The notes: a model not told the origin generated them from the letters alone. Counted from the first letter of the stretch, positions 42,476-52,673 are shown. The stretch: DNA of 64,000 nt from Alphaproteobacteria bacterium (GCA_045578445.1 JAZNKG010000049.1:1652-65651); one strand, 5' to 3'. Made by a program: numbers and translations.

Positions 42476-42823
42476 TTATCCCTCACAAACCTGCACAAAC
42501 TCTTTATAACGCTCACTATACATTTCTTCGCATTTACCACACATCTCCAACAAAGATTTTTGGCTTTTAAAATGCTCGATAACCCTTTCTTCTGGCTTTA
42601 TTGTCAAAATTTCACTACTTTCATCATAACTAGGATTTAATCCAATAAATGGAGCTTGAATATGAAAATTTTCAATTTCATCATAATACTTTTTAGAAAT
42701 TTTAAATTTTGTAACCAAACTCAAATCATCAGCATTAAGCATGCGCACAACCGCCATCTGACGAATAAAATCCATAATTAAAATTGGAGAAAAATCAATA
42801 ACATCTTCTGCCATATAAATCAC
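42476..42823 (-). CDS. hypothetical protein (115 aa)
   Basis: ORF abuts trpS upstream and the AstE-like gene downstream with no gap on either side. Confidence 0.5.
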   Translation of the reverse strand: MIYMAEDVIDFSPILIMDFIRQMAVVRMLNADDLSLVTKFKISKKYYDEIENFHIQAPFIGLNPSYDESSEILTIKPEERVIEHFKSQKSLLEMCGKCEEMYSERYKEFVQVCEG

Positions 42824-43885
42824 CTATTTTTTCAAAGAATTACCCTTAAAATAGTTTATACCCATTGCTGTTTTTACTTCATCTAAAGTATTAGACGCAA
42901 CTTCTCTTGCTTTTTCGCTACCAATTTGCAACATATTAAAAATTTCACCCAAATCTTTTGCAAATTCCTCACGTCTTTCTCTAATTGGAGCTAGTTCATT
43001 TTGCATAATTTCATTAAGAAACTTCTTAACAGTACCATCACCTAGACCACCTTTACGATAATGTGCTTTAAGTTCATCTAAATTTGCATATGCTGGTAAA
43101 AATGCTTCAAAATGCTTATCTTCACAAAAAGCATCTAAATATGTAAATACAGCATTACCTTCTGTATGTCCTGGGTCTTCCACTCTTAAATGTGTTGGAT
43201 CTGTGAACATACTTTGAACTTTTTTCTTAATATCATTCGCACTATCAGAAAGATAAATACAATTACCCAAAGATTTACTCATTTTTGCAGCCCCATCCAA
43301 GCCCGGAAGACGTGAACAAAGCTCATTTTCTGGAATAATTGCTTTCGGTTCAACCAAAACTTCTTTATACAATGAGTTAAAAGAACGAACAATTTCTCTT
43401 GTTTGTTCAATCATAGGCAATTGATCTTCTCCTACAGGCACAAGATTTGCCTTAAATGCAGTAATATCTGCAGCTTGACTGATAGGATATGTAAAAAATC
43501 CCACAGGAATACTCTGATTGAACTTTCTCATTTGAATTTCTGTTTTAACAGTAGGATTACGCTGTAATCTAGAAACAGTAACCAAATTCATATAATAAAA
43601 AGACAATTCACATAATTCAGGAATCTGTGATTGAATAAAAATTGTAGATTTTTCTGGATTTAAACCACAAGCCAAATAATCTAGAGCAACCTCTGATATA
43701 TTATTTCTTACTTTATTAATATCATCTGCATTATCTGTTAGTGCTTGAGCATCTGCAATCATGATATATATATCATTATAATTGCCACTATTTTGCATCA
43801 TCACACGACGTTTTAATGAACCAACATAATGTCCCAAATGTAGCTTACCAGTAGGTCTATCACCAGTTAAAATAACATCTTTCAT
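42824..43885 (-). CDS. trpS: tryptophanyl-tRNA synthetase
   Basis: [16 protein letters not shown] (HIGH region) and KMSKS. Confidence 0.97.
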   Translation of the reverse strand: MKDVILTGDRPTGKLHLGHYVGSLKRRVMMQNSGNYNDIYIMIADAQALTDNADDINKVRNNISEVALDYLACGLNPEKSTIFIQSQIPELCELSFYYMNLVTVSRLQRNPTVKTEIQMRKFNQSIPVGFFTYPISQAADITAFKANLVPVGEDQLPMIEQTREIVRSFNSLYKEVLVEPKAIIPENELCSRLPGLDGAAKMSKSLGNCIYLSDSANDIKKKVQSMFTDPTHLRVEDPGHTEGNAVFTYLDAFCEDKHFEAFLPAYANLDELKAHYRKGGLGDGTVKKFLNEIMQNELAPIRERREEFAKDLGEIFNMLQIGSEKAREVASNTLDEVKTAMGINYFKGNSLKK

Positions 43886-43961
43886 TCTTTTAAACCCTTT
43901 TAAAATATATACTTATGAAGAAATCTATCATTACACATATTTGTTGTCAAGAAAGCATTAA

Positions 43962-44975
43962 TTACATTTGCCAATCTTTTGTAGCCTTATACATAAAAGC
44001 AATTTCACAAGCCTTTTCCATCTTAAACATTGTTTCATCATCAACACCTAAAATATTAGCAACATCATCTATGCTTTGTTTGGTATCTTTTGCAATTTTT
44101 TCAAAAGATATTTTATGACCACAACTATTTTGTACATCAACTGCTAAATTAACCATAGCTTTAGCATCTCCTCCTAACAATTTAGAAGCCAATGCCCAGG
44201 CTGTAAGATATTCATGAGGATATCTATAATCTTTTTCTGCATTTCTGCCATTTTCCAAAGCTTTATCGCCTCTACCAATGTGACCATACGCACTTAAAGC
44301 ATCAAACAAATTAACTTTTTTGTATTCTACAACCTCTCCTGTTGCCTGTTCTCTTGAGCGTTTTACAATTTCATCAATTAAACCTTCATCATCTTTGTAT
44401 ACATGACAATACGGAGAAATAGCAAAACACTCACCTTTACCATCCCAAATGTTTGTCATATAATTATCATCTTTAACATTTGGCATTTCAATAAGTTCCA
44501 TCTTGTTAGGGTTTATTGTAACATCGGTTATACCAATATCGCAAAGTTCCTCTTGCATTTCTCTTAAAACATTATTTTTTCTAATAATATCAATATCCTT
44601 TGTTAAATAAATCTGACCATTTTTTTCTACAACATCATCTTTTTTTCCAACTAATTGTTTTTTGCTCTCATCTGACAAAAAACAAAACTCCCTTTCATCA
44701 GTTCTTTCAGCAAGTCCACCCAATGCACCCAAACCATCAAGTTTGCCACTCCTATTTTTTCGTTGAATTAATCCCACAAATACATTTGCAAAGATTCCCT
44801 TACTATGCTTTGCACTAGCATCAATATCGCCACAATATAATGTTACATTAGCTCCACTACTTAACACAGCGGTTCTAATTTCTGGATTTTCTAATAATTT
44901 TGCTCTTTCTTCACCTTTTGGTGTTTGTGCTATTAATTCTAAAACTTGTTCTTTATTCAATTTATTGCTCCTCAT
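43962..44975 (-). CDS. hypothetical protein, possible Nudix-like fold with interrupted Nudix box
   Basis: GALGGLAE ... (about 45 aa) ... REMQEELCDIG resembles Gx5E...REUxEExGU with a long insertion; weak. Confidence 0.45.
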   Translation of the reverse strand: MRSNKLNKEQVLELIAQTPKGEERAKLLENPEIRTAVLSSGANVTLYCGDIDASAKHSKGIFANVFVGLIQRKNRSGKLDGLGALGGLAERTDEREFCFLSDESKKQLVGKKDDVVEKNGQIYLTKDIDIIRKNNVLREMQEELCDIGITDVTINPNKMELIEMPNVKDDNYMTNIWDGKGECFAISPYCHVYKDDEGLIDEIVKRSREQATGEVVEYKKVNLFDALSAYGHIGRGDKALENGRNAEKDYRYPHEYLTAWALASKLLGGDAKAMVNLAVDVQNSCGHKISFEKIAKDTKQSIDDVANILGVDDETMFKMEKACEIAFMYKATKDWQM

Positions 44976-45111
44976 ATCTTAATTTCAAAGTAAGTATACA
45001 TCAAAATACAAAACTTGGTCAAGTAATATATATATCAAAAAAATATTTTTTTACTAAAATTTAAACATAAAATTATAATTCTACTACATACATTTATTTT
45101 AAGGAACGACA

Positions 45112-45993
45112 ATGTGGGTAATATTTGCAATACTAACTAGTATTATTAATTCTTTTTACGATATGGGAAAACAAACCATAAAATTAACTCCAACAATATT
45201 CATTTTATTTAGAGGATATATTACAGCTTTTATTGCTTTGCCCTTCCTATTTTTATATCCATATCCGACTCATTGGCAATTTTATGCCTTATGTACTTTA
45301 CAAGGTGCTATTGTCGCATATAACGACTTAATTAATTACAAAGCCACAAAAAAATACGGTGCAGAAATGGTATCAGCCATTCAACCATTAAGCACTGCTT
45401 TATTATTTTTCGTATGGTTCTTTATCGCTCCCTCAATACTACAAGAATATTGGGCAAATAAAACTACATTCTTACTAATTATATTATCTTTATTTGGAAT
45501 AACTTTTTCAATCTATAAATACAATCAACAAAAAACTTGCAAAGAAGCTCTTCGCTATATGTTTCCAATAATTTGTACATCCGTTTTAATAAACATAGTA
45601 AATAAACTAACTACTCGTTATGGAACAATAAATCCTATTGCAACGGGACTATATTACTCTTTTGTAATGAGCATGGTTGTCGGTATAGTAAATACCTTTG
45701 CCTTAAAAGGTAGCATACAAAATATTAAAGTAGCATACAAACAGTTTAACTGGAAAATATTTATAATGTTTTCACTAATGCTACTTAGCATGATTTGTAA
45801 AAATGCATCCATGGGATTAGCCATCAATCCAACTTATGTTTCTGCTATCATATATCTAACCGTATTATGGAATATTATTGGCAATCATCTTACTGCAAAA
45901 TATAAAATTGGAAAAAAATACCCACATACAAAATGGAGATATGTAGCACTACTCGTTATTTCCAGTATTGCACTGATTATACTAACAAATTAG
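45112..45993 (+). CDS. DMT/EamA-like 10-TM transporter
   Basis: 293 aa, about 10 hydrophobic helices in two similar halves. Confidence 0.6.
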   Translation: MWVIFAILTSIINSFYDMGKQTIKLTPTIFILFRGYITAFIALPFLFLYPYPTHWQFYALCTLQGAIVAYNDLINYKATKKYGAEMVSAIQPLSTALLFFVWFFIAPSILQEYWANKTTFLLIILSLFGITFSIYKYNQQKTCKEALRYMFPIICTSVLINIVNKLTTRYGTINPIATGLYYSFVMSMVVGIVNTFALKGSIQNIKVAYKQFNWKIFIMFSLMLLSMICKNASMGLAINPTYVSAIIYLTVLWNIIGNHLTAKYKIGKKYPHTKWRYVALLVISSIALIILTN

Positions 45994-46064
45994 CATAAAA
46001 AATTTTATTGCATAACCTTCAAAAACGTGATATACTACTAATATATTGCATGGAGGGTAACAAT

Positions 46065-47201
46065 ATGGAAGAAAATACACAAGACGGAGTATATCTCGTT
46101 ATATCAAGACATGGCGATGCAGCATCAACAAATCTATCAGCCAAAGGAGCTGTTGAAGAATATTTTGTAGGTAAATATTTATCAGATGTTGCAAAAATTC
46201 CCCCTGTTGAACACTTTTTCTACTCTCCAATCAGTCGTGCACGTAACACTATGCGTATGCAAACTATCGCCATGCAAGTAAATTTATTACAAAACCCAGG
46301 AGCTTTTTATGATATTCGTTTACACGAAGGCTCTGGCCTTCCAGAAGAAGCTCTTCAAACAGCCATTGTTCTAGCTAATGAATGTAATATGCAATGTATA
46401 GAACTTGTATCACATCAACCTATTGTATCAGCTTTATGCCAAAAACTAAAAAAAGATGCTCCAAGCGGTTATGGTGGATTTATTGTATTAAAAGCAGACA
46501 ACTGGTATGATATGCTTACTGGAAACAATATTTCTACTGTATATCAATGCAATTCTGCTGCAGATTTTTTAATCAATGCTGTAGGAAGAGATAATGCTCA
46601 ATATATTCAATCAATCATAAGCAAAAAACCAACGCCCGAAAAACTGCCTGACAACCTAACTGAAGAAAATTATACTGTTCTTGAAGCTTGTGATGTCTAT
46701 AAATATTGGGCAAATACACAAGCTACAGCTATTGGTATGCCAAATATATTCCACAGTTATCTGCAAGATGCCCTCATGGGAACATTTGCCCCACATACAA
46801 ACGAAGCACTAAATCCCTATAATGCCACATCTCTTTTATTTGGCGAAAAATACTATGCAAACCCTAGTTTAGCATACCCTGATGATCCGCATGCCGTATT
46901 TAATGCTTTTGCCCATAAATTAGAAAAAGAAATGGGCGGTAAGGTCACAACAAGAAAGTTAGAAGTAGAAAATACTGCAAATATTTTAGAAGAAACCTTC
47001 CCCGGCTATCGTGAAGCAATGTTAGCAGGCGATACACACAACGAATATCCCGATTCTAATGGAGATATCAGAAACGGTCATCAATATACTATAATTAGTG
47101 GCGAAGAAGGTTTTGATGCAAATGGAGATTTCCAAGAAAAATCACCAATTTTAACCGCAGGACTTCTCAATATGTTACGCTCAAAACTTCAAAAAGATTA
47201 A
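46065..47201 (+). CDS. histidine phosphatase (SixA/PGAM-like) N-terminal domain fused to an unknown C-terminal domain
   Basis: VISRHGDA, SPISRARNT, VSHQP motifs. Start set to the ATG at 46065, 7 nt after GGAGGG; a TGaTATACT -10 lies at 46028-46036. Confidence 0.6.
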   Translation: MEENTQDGVYLVISRHGDAASTNLSAKGAVEEYFVGKYLSDVAKIPPVEHFFYSPISRARNTMRMQTIAMQVNLLQNPGAFYDIRLHEGSGLPEEALQTAIVLANECNMQCIELVSHQPIVSALCQKLKKDAPSGYGGFIVLKADNWYDMLTGNNISTVYQCNSAADFLINAVGRDNAQYIQSIISKKPTPEKLPDNLTEENYTVLEACDVYKYWANTQATAIGMPNIFHSYLQDALMGTFAPHTNEALNPYNATSLLFGEKYYANPSLAYPDDPHAVFNAFAHKLEKEMGGKVTTRKLEVENTANILEETFPGYREAMLAGDTHNEYPDSNGDIRNGHQYTIISGEEGFDANGDFQEKSPILTAGLLNMLRSKLQKD

Positions 47202-48469
47202 TTTTTTTGCCAACCTTTTGTAGCTCTATTTACGCAATCACTATATTTTGATTTTCTAGTACCTGGATAAGCTATCACTCCGCAAACAATATTTTTATCA
47301 GAACTTATAACTTCTGGTATTTCCCAAACTTTATTTTCTAGCTTATATCTTGCCAAATCAGCAAATAATCTTGCTTCCATATATTCCCCAAACGCTGAAT
47401 TTTTTATATCTATTTCAGCATTAAAACGCTTAACAAAGTTATCAAACATATCTCTATGTTCTGGCAAAACAAAAGCATTCCAGTTTAATAGATTATCAAA
47501 AACCTCTCTGACAACAGGATTTTTCCAGCCACCGCCAAACAAAACCATTTTAGTAGGTAATTTTATATTTTTATCTACTAAGCACATTGTATAAACTGCG
47601 ATATAAGCAGAAAAATACTCAAATGTATATACAACATCTTCAAATTTTATCTTATTTTTACTTACATAGTCAAAAATTTCATTTTTATGATAATATTGAG
47701 GGTCACCAGATTTTGGTAAAGACATTTCATAAAAATCACGTCCGATATCAAACATTTTTTGCAATAAATCTACATTAAGTCTGCCTTTTTTACCAAACAT
47801 ACCATCTCTATCAAACACTTCTTTTGTATTTTGACGAATGAAATTATCAATATATTCATTAAAAGGTCCAGCATCCGTACCCATTATTGCTTTTCCATCT
47901 ACAATAACAGCAAAATTTGATGTATTACCGCCATTATAATAAACTCCGTCACCTTCACTAGCAGAAATATGAGCATTGTGTGGAGGAACAAGAGGTGCTC
48001 CTTCAAAATTTGCCATAATAAAATCAGACCTAAAATCATAAACAACAGGAATTCCTGTCAAATCAGCAAGCATTTGTCCTGAACCAATTTGTAAAGTATA
48101 TGGTAAAGTATTATCAACTTTTGCTTTAGAAGGAGGATTATGGTCTAATGTTTTACCATGAAAGCCTATTGCATCAATAGTATTTTTATCAATATTATAT
48201 TTTTCACACATCTCATTAATACAATCCGCTATCTCTTCAATATATTCGTCATGAATTTTCTTAAACTCATCTATAGCTAAAATTTCTTCTTCTGTTTTAT
48301 TAAAAGCCGACTTACGCAAATACTCCATTTTTTCTTGCATATTTTTAGAGTAAGGTTTCGTAAAAGTGCAAACATCTTTCATAATATCGCCATCAAACTC
48401 CGTTAACACCAAATCAATAGCATCCATAGAGTTACCTGTCATATTTCCAATTATTTTATATTTTGTCAT
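47198..48469 (-). CDS. anmK: anhydro-N-acetylmuramic acid kinase
   Basis: IIGNMTGNSMDAIDLVL N-terminus (compare GLMSGTSxDGxD) and ASKHA-fold length; start set to the Met of MTKYKIIG. Confidence 0.8.
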   Translation of the reverse strand: MTKYKIIGNMTGNSMDAIDLVLTEFDGDIMKDVCTFTKPYSKNMQEKMEYLRKSAFNKTEEEILAIDEFKKIHDEYIEEIADCINEMCEKYNIDKNTIDAIGFHGKTLDHNPPSKAKVDNTLPYTLQIGSGQMLADLTGIPVVYDFRSDFIMANFEGAPLVPPHNAHISASEGDGVYYNGGNTSNFAVIVDGKAIMGTDAGPFNEYIDNFIRQNTKEVFDRDGMFGKKGRLNVDLLQKMFDIGRDFYEMSLPKSGDPQYYHKNEIFDYVSKNKIKFEDVVYTFEYFSAYIAVYTMCLVDKNIKLPTKMVLFGGGWKNPVVREVFDNLLNWNAFVLPEHRDMFDNFVKRFNAEIDIKNSAFGEYMEARLFADLARYKLENKVWEIPEVISSDKNIVCGVIAYPGTRKSKYSDCVNRATKGWQKN

Positions 48470-48537
48470 TTTATTCCTCTTTTTTTTATTAATAGATTCC
48501 AAAACTCATAACAAATATACAACCTATTGTCAATAAT

Positions 48538-48575
48538 GCAAAAACAGCAGAATCTACCTCTGCTGTTTTTGTTAT
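48538..48575. terminator. bidirectional terminator
   Basis: aacagcaga atctacc tctgctgtt flanked by A-run and T-run. Confidence 0.7.
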
Positions 48576-48599
48576 AAAAATACACCCTTTATTCTGTAA

Positions 48600-49562
48600 T
48601 TAATCAGTCACATCTTTCATTTTTTCCAATGCTTTCGCTTTAATTTTTTCTAAAAAATATTCATGTGTATTATCTCTATCTCTTTTACTGGTTTCGCATT
48701 CCTCTTGATGTTTTTTAAGTGCTTCATCATTTTCTTTCAAAAGCTTTTTTAATTCTGCTTCTTGTTGTCTTTCCAGTTCTTCTCTTTGACGTTTCTGACG
48801 TTCTCTTAATTCTCTAATTTTTTCTTGATTAGATAATTTTATTTGCTCTTCTTTATTTTTATTATCAATTTCTGCTTTTTCGCAACTCTCTTCATATATT
48901 TCATTTTCTTCTTTTCTGCTATCTACAGCTCTTACAATTCGTCCCCTTAAAGAAGTTTCATATTTCATTTCTTCTACTATCTGACGATGTCCAGACTCTT
49001 TTCTTGACTCCCTAATTTCATTTGTAACATCTTCAATTTTTGATATTTCTGCTAATTTAAGTAATAAATTATATCTTTCATCTAAACTCTCATAATCTCT
49101 CTCCCCTCGCGTTCTAATCATAGAAGAAACTTTATTTACTATCTTTTCAGCTAAAGATTTATTTCCTTTTCCTTTACGATAGCTCAATACTTTAATATCT
49201 TTATGTTCTTCCAAAGATATAAGAGATCGCTCTCTAATAATACCATCACTATCTTTTTTATATGCTCCCCTAAATCTTTCGGGAATTGCTTGAAGTTTTT
49301 CTTCACTGATATCGTTATTCGAATGACGTAATTTATGTTCATATGCTCTACCATATATTGAACTGATATAATTCAATAAATTCATCGCATTATAATAACG
49401 ATTTGGATGTAATATTGATGTATTAAGTTTATTTTGCTTAATAAATGTATAAACTTCTTGTTTTGTTTCTTCATCAAAACCTTGTATTAATTTTTCTACA
49501 TCCATCTTGCTATGCTTCAAACTTTTAGGCATATCACTTCTCCTCATTTTTTGATATATCAT
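48600..49562 (-). CDS. hypothetical protein with a Lys/Glu/Arg-rich C-terminal half that looks coiled-coil (320 aa)
   Basis: Intact ORF with its own terminator; C-terminal 120 aa are almost entirely E/K/R/Q. Confidence 0.55.
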   Translation of the reverse strand: MIYQKMRRSDMPKSLKHSKMDVEKLIQGFDEETKQEVYTFIKQNKLNTSILHPNRYYNAMNLLNYISSIYGRAYEHKLRHSNNDISEEKLQAIPERFRGAYKKDSDGIIRERSLISLEEHKDIKVLSYRKGKGNKSLAEKIVNKVSSMIRTRGERDYESLDERYNLLLKLAEISKIEDVTNEIRESRKESGHRQIVEEMKYETSLRGRIVRAVDSRKEENEIYEESCEKAEIDNKNKEEQIKLSNQEKIRELRERQKRQREELERQQEAELKKLLKENDEALKKHQEECETSKRDRDNTHEYFLEKIKAKALEKMKDVTD

Positions 49563-49753
49563 ATAATTATATTATATATTAATTTTACATCTATGTCAAC
49601 TTTATTCATACCTTCATAACTCTGATTAATTATGCTATGCTCAAAAGTCTTACTTATATACAAAAAACATTGGATAACACGCCCTAATTCATTTTACTAT
49701 AACAACAACCGATATATTATAAACCATAAACATATTCACATGGAGGTTATAAT

Positions 49754-50578
49754 ATGAAAAAAATTACCGTAATTGGTGCAGGGTTAGTTGGTGCTACTTC
49801 TGTTTATTCTATGATGCTAAAAGAAATTGCCGATGAAATCGCTTTAGTAGATATTGACGACAAGCGCTCAAATGCAGAAGTTTGGGATATTCGTCATGGT
49901 TTTCCAGAAATTAGCAAAACAGTAGTAAAAAAAGGAACTTATGCAGATTGCAAAGACAGTAATGTTATTGTAATTACAGCAGGTGTTGCTCGCAAAGTTG
50001 GTGAAAGTCGTAATGATTTGCTAATAAAAAACTCAAAAATTATGGAAGGTATTTGTTCAGAAATCAAAAAAACAAACACATCAGCTATCGTTGTTGTGGT
50101 ATCAAACCCTGTTGATGTATTAGCTAACCATGCAGCAAAATTCTTGCAAATGCCAGAAGGTCATGTTTTAGGAACAGGTTGCACACTAGATACATCTCGT
50201 ATGGTTGCACTATTAGCAGAAAGACTAAATAAACCAGCATCAAGCATAAACGCTCCTGTTGTTGGTGAACACGGCGATGAACAAATCGTACTTTGGGATG
50301 AAGTAACAATTGATGGTAAACCAGCTAATTTCTCTAACGAAGAAAAACAAGAACTTGCTGAGGCTGTTAAACGTGCAGGCATGACCATTATTGAAGGTAA
50401 AGGCAAAACATATTATGGAATTGCTACCACCGTTTGTGCTATTACTTCTGCCATTTTATTAGATAGACCTATGAAATATGCTGTTTCTGTTCCAAACCAA
50501 AATGAAGAAAAGGCTTTAAGTATGCTTTGCACCATAGCTAAAGACGGTATTATAGAAACTTTTCCATATGCTAAATAG
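49754..50578 (+). CDS. mdh: LDH-like malate dehydrogenase (compact, 274 aa)
   Basis: ITVIGAGLVGAT Rossmann motif, GVARKVGESRNDLL (Arg at the Gln/Arg substrate discriminator), VVGEHGD catalytic His. Confidence 0.75.
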   Translation: MKKITVIGAGLVGATSVYSMMLKEIADEIALVDIDDKRSNAEVWDIRHGFPEISKTVVKKGTYADCKDSNVIVITAGVARKVGESRNDLLIKNSKIMEGICSEIKKTNTSAIVVVVSNPVDVLANHAAKFLQMPEGHVLGTGCTLDTSRMVALLAERLNKPASSINAPVVGEHGDEQIVLWDEVTIDGKPANFSNEEKQELAEAVKRAGMTIIEGKGKTYYGIATTVCAITSAILLDRPMKYAVSVPNQNEEKALSMLCTIAKDGIIETFPYAK

Positions 50579-50587
50579 GAGAAAAAA

Positions 50588-51766
50588 ATGGAAGATTTAC
50601 AAAAAAATTTTAGTCCACTAGGGACTTTATCGCCATCTGTTACATTGTCATTGGCTGCTCGTGCTAAAGAGCTCAAAAAGCAAGGCTTAGATGTATGCTC
50701 TATGTCTGTAGGCGAACCGGATTTTGATACACCGCAATCAATCAAAGATGCTGCAATAAAAGCTCTTAATGATGGAAAAGTCGGATATATTGCATCAAGT
50801 GGTTTACCAGAACTAAAAGATGAAATTGTCAAAAAATTAGCAACAAATGGTATAACAACCACACCTGCTAATATCGTTGTTACAACTGGGGCAAAACTAG
50901 CCTTATTTGAAACAATTACAGCTCTTTGTGGTAGTGGAGATGAAGTTATTGTTTTAGCACCATATTGGTTATCATACCCAGAAATGATAAAAGCATCAGG
51001 CGCTAAAATGGTTGTAGTTAACACTAAAGCAGAAAATCAATTTGCACCAACAAAAGAAGAGTTAGAACAAGCGATAACTCCAAACACAAAATTGATTATC
51101 GTTAACTCACCAAACAACCCAACTGGTTCTGTATATTCAAAAGAAGTATTACAAATGATTGCTGATGTCGCTGTAAAGCATAATATTATGATATTATCAG
51201 ATGAAATTTACGAAAAGCTCATTTATGATAACAATACAAAACATATCAGTATTGCTTCACTAAACGAAAAAATTGCTGATTTAACCATTACCATAAACGG
51301 ATTTTCAAAAGCATACGCTATGACGGGCTGGAGATTAGGATATTTATCTGCACCAACATGGTTAGTAAAACGAATTTCAGCGCTCCAAAGCCACGCAACC
51401 AGTAATGCAACAACATTCGTACAATATGCTGCTGTTGTAGCCCTACAAGGAAAAGCTGACAACGATATCGAAAATATGATAAAAACTTTTGCTCGTCGTC
51501 GTGAGTTGTTGTGCCAATTACTTAAAGACATTCCACAAATTAGCTTTATAGAGCCTAAAGGAGCTTTTTATGTGATGTGCAATATCTCTAAAACAGGCAA
51601 AACTGCAAAAGATTTTGCAGAAGAATTATTAGAGAAAAAGCTTTTAACTGTTATTCCTTGTGAATCTTTTGGCGCTCCAGAATATATTCGTTTAAGCTAT
51701 GCTTGTTCTGAAGAACAGATAAAAGAATCAATCAAACGACTAAAAGAGTTTTGTGAAAGCCTATAA
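50588..51766 (+). CDS. aspartate aminotransferase (class I PLP aminotransferase)
   Basis: NSPNNPTG, NGFSKAYAMTGWRLGY (PLP lysine), IRLSYA. Confidence 0.92.
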   Translation: MEDLQKNFSPLGTLSPSVTLSLAARAKELKKQGLDVCSMSVGEPDFDTPQSIKDAAIKALNDGKVGYIASSGLPELKDEIVKKLATNGITTTPANIVVTTGAKLALFETITALCGSGDEVIVLAPYWLSYPEMIKASGAKMVVVNTKAENQFAPTKEELEQAITPNTKLIIVNSPNNPTGSVYSKEVLQMIADVAVKHNIMILSDEIYEKLIYDNNTKHISIASLNEKIADLTITINGFSKAYAMTGWRLGYLSAPTWLVKRISALQSHATSNATTFVQYAAVVALQGKADNDIENMIKTFARRRELLCQLLKDIPQISFIEPKGAFYVMCNISKTGKTAKDFAEELLEKKLLTVIPCESFGAPEYIRLSYACSEEQIKESIKRLKEFCESL

Positions 51767-51781
51767 ACATATATAAAAAAC

Positions 51782-51815
51782 AAAAAGCAGTCCTTAACCA
51801 GACTGCTTTTTTTAT
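51782..51815 (+). terminator. Rho-independent terminator of the mdh-aminotransferase operon
   Basis: agcagtc cttaacca gactgct followed by ttttttt; a near-identical copy lies at 52602-52634. Confidence 0.7.
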
Positions 51816-51826
51816 ATATTTTTTTC

Positions 51827-51855
51827 TTGCTAAAAATAGTTTTTTGGGGTATACT
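51827..51855 (+). promoter_or_regulatory. sigma70-like promoter of paralog 1
   Basis: TTGCTA, 17 nt spacer, TATACT; identical copy at 52645-52673. Confidence 0.45.
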
Positions 51856-51909
51856 GAGTGTTATAGTGTAGTAAATACTACAAAAGATAGTATTTTAAAG
51901 GAGGTTGAC

Positions 51910-52539
51910 ATGGTTGAAGATGCTAATAAAAAAATAGATGAAGCAAAAGAAAGAATTAGAAAAAAACAAGAAAGACGCGCTGCTGTTAAACTTGCAGGAG
52001 TTGTAACGGGTATTATGGCTACTATCGCAACCGTATCCGCTCCCAAGACAATACTTAAAAATGAATTAAAAGATACTAAAAATGAAGTAGCAGAATTAAT
52101 TGAGCAAAGCAAACAAGAAACAACACATGAAACAGCCATTTTTAAATGCAAATCAAAAAATACAGTGAATTTATTAAAAGAAAACGGATATTCATTAAAT
52201 TTAGCACCAGATTTTAACTCTCAAGATTATTTAAACTTTAAATGTGACATTGTTGATTCAAATAATAACACCGTTGGACTCGCTAATGTTATTTCAGAGG
52301 ATGAGTTACTTATTTATAATTTAACTGTTTTAAAAGATTCATCTTTAATGGACCTAATTTCATCACAACCAGAAAATGATTTTCAAAAACAACGTGAAGG
52401 TACAATATCCTTTATACAAGGCGAGCGAATAACTCAAGCCTTTTATCGTCACGATCATATAGAAAATCTACAAAGAAAAGAAAAACATCTTAAAGAAACA
52501 ATAACTGGAGTAAGAGAAGTATATTTGGGAACTGATTAA
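51910..52539 (+). CDS. mosaic paralog 1: single-pass membrane protein (209 aa)
   Basis: Start at the ATG 5 nt after AAAGGAGG; charged N-terminus, TM helix AAVKLAGVVTGIMATIATVSAP; the ends are near-identical to paralog 2. Confidence 0.65.
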   Translation: MVEDANKKIDEAKERIRKKQERRAAVKLAGVVTGIMATIATVSAPKTILKNELKDTKNEVAELIEQSKQETTHETAIFKCKSKNTVNLLKENGYSLNLAPDFNSQDYLNFKCDIVDSNNNTVGLANVISEDELLIYNLTVLKDSSLMDLISSQPENDFQKQREGTISFIQGERITQAFYRHDHIENLQRKEKHLKETITGVREVYLGTD

Positions 52540-52562
52540 AGTTATCTCATAAATAATACAAT

Positions 52563-52595
52563 AAACCCCACTATTTGATAGTGGGGTTTTGTTGT
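52563..52595 (+). terminator. Rho-independent terminator of paralog 1
   Basis: ccccactat ttg atagtgggg followed by ttttgttg. Confidence 0.65.
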
Positions 52596-52644
52596 ATAAA
52601 GAAAAAGCAGTCCTTAATCAGACTGCTTTTTTACATATTTTTTC

Positions 52645-52673
52645 TTGCTAAAAATAGTTTTTTGGGGTATACT
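52645..52673 (+). promoter_or_regulatory. sigma70-like promoter of paralog 2
   Basis: TTGCTA, 17 nt spacer, TATACT; duplicate of 51827-51855. Confidence 0.45.

Noticed and set aside
50413-51024. 203-aa minus-strand ORF spanning the mdh/aminotransferase junction
   Set aside because: It is antisense to two well-supported genes and crosses their intergenic gap, with a Ser/Ala/Ile-rich translation. It is a long antisense frame produced by codon bias.
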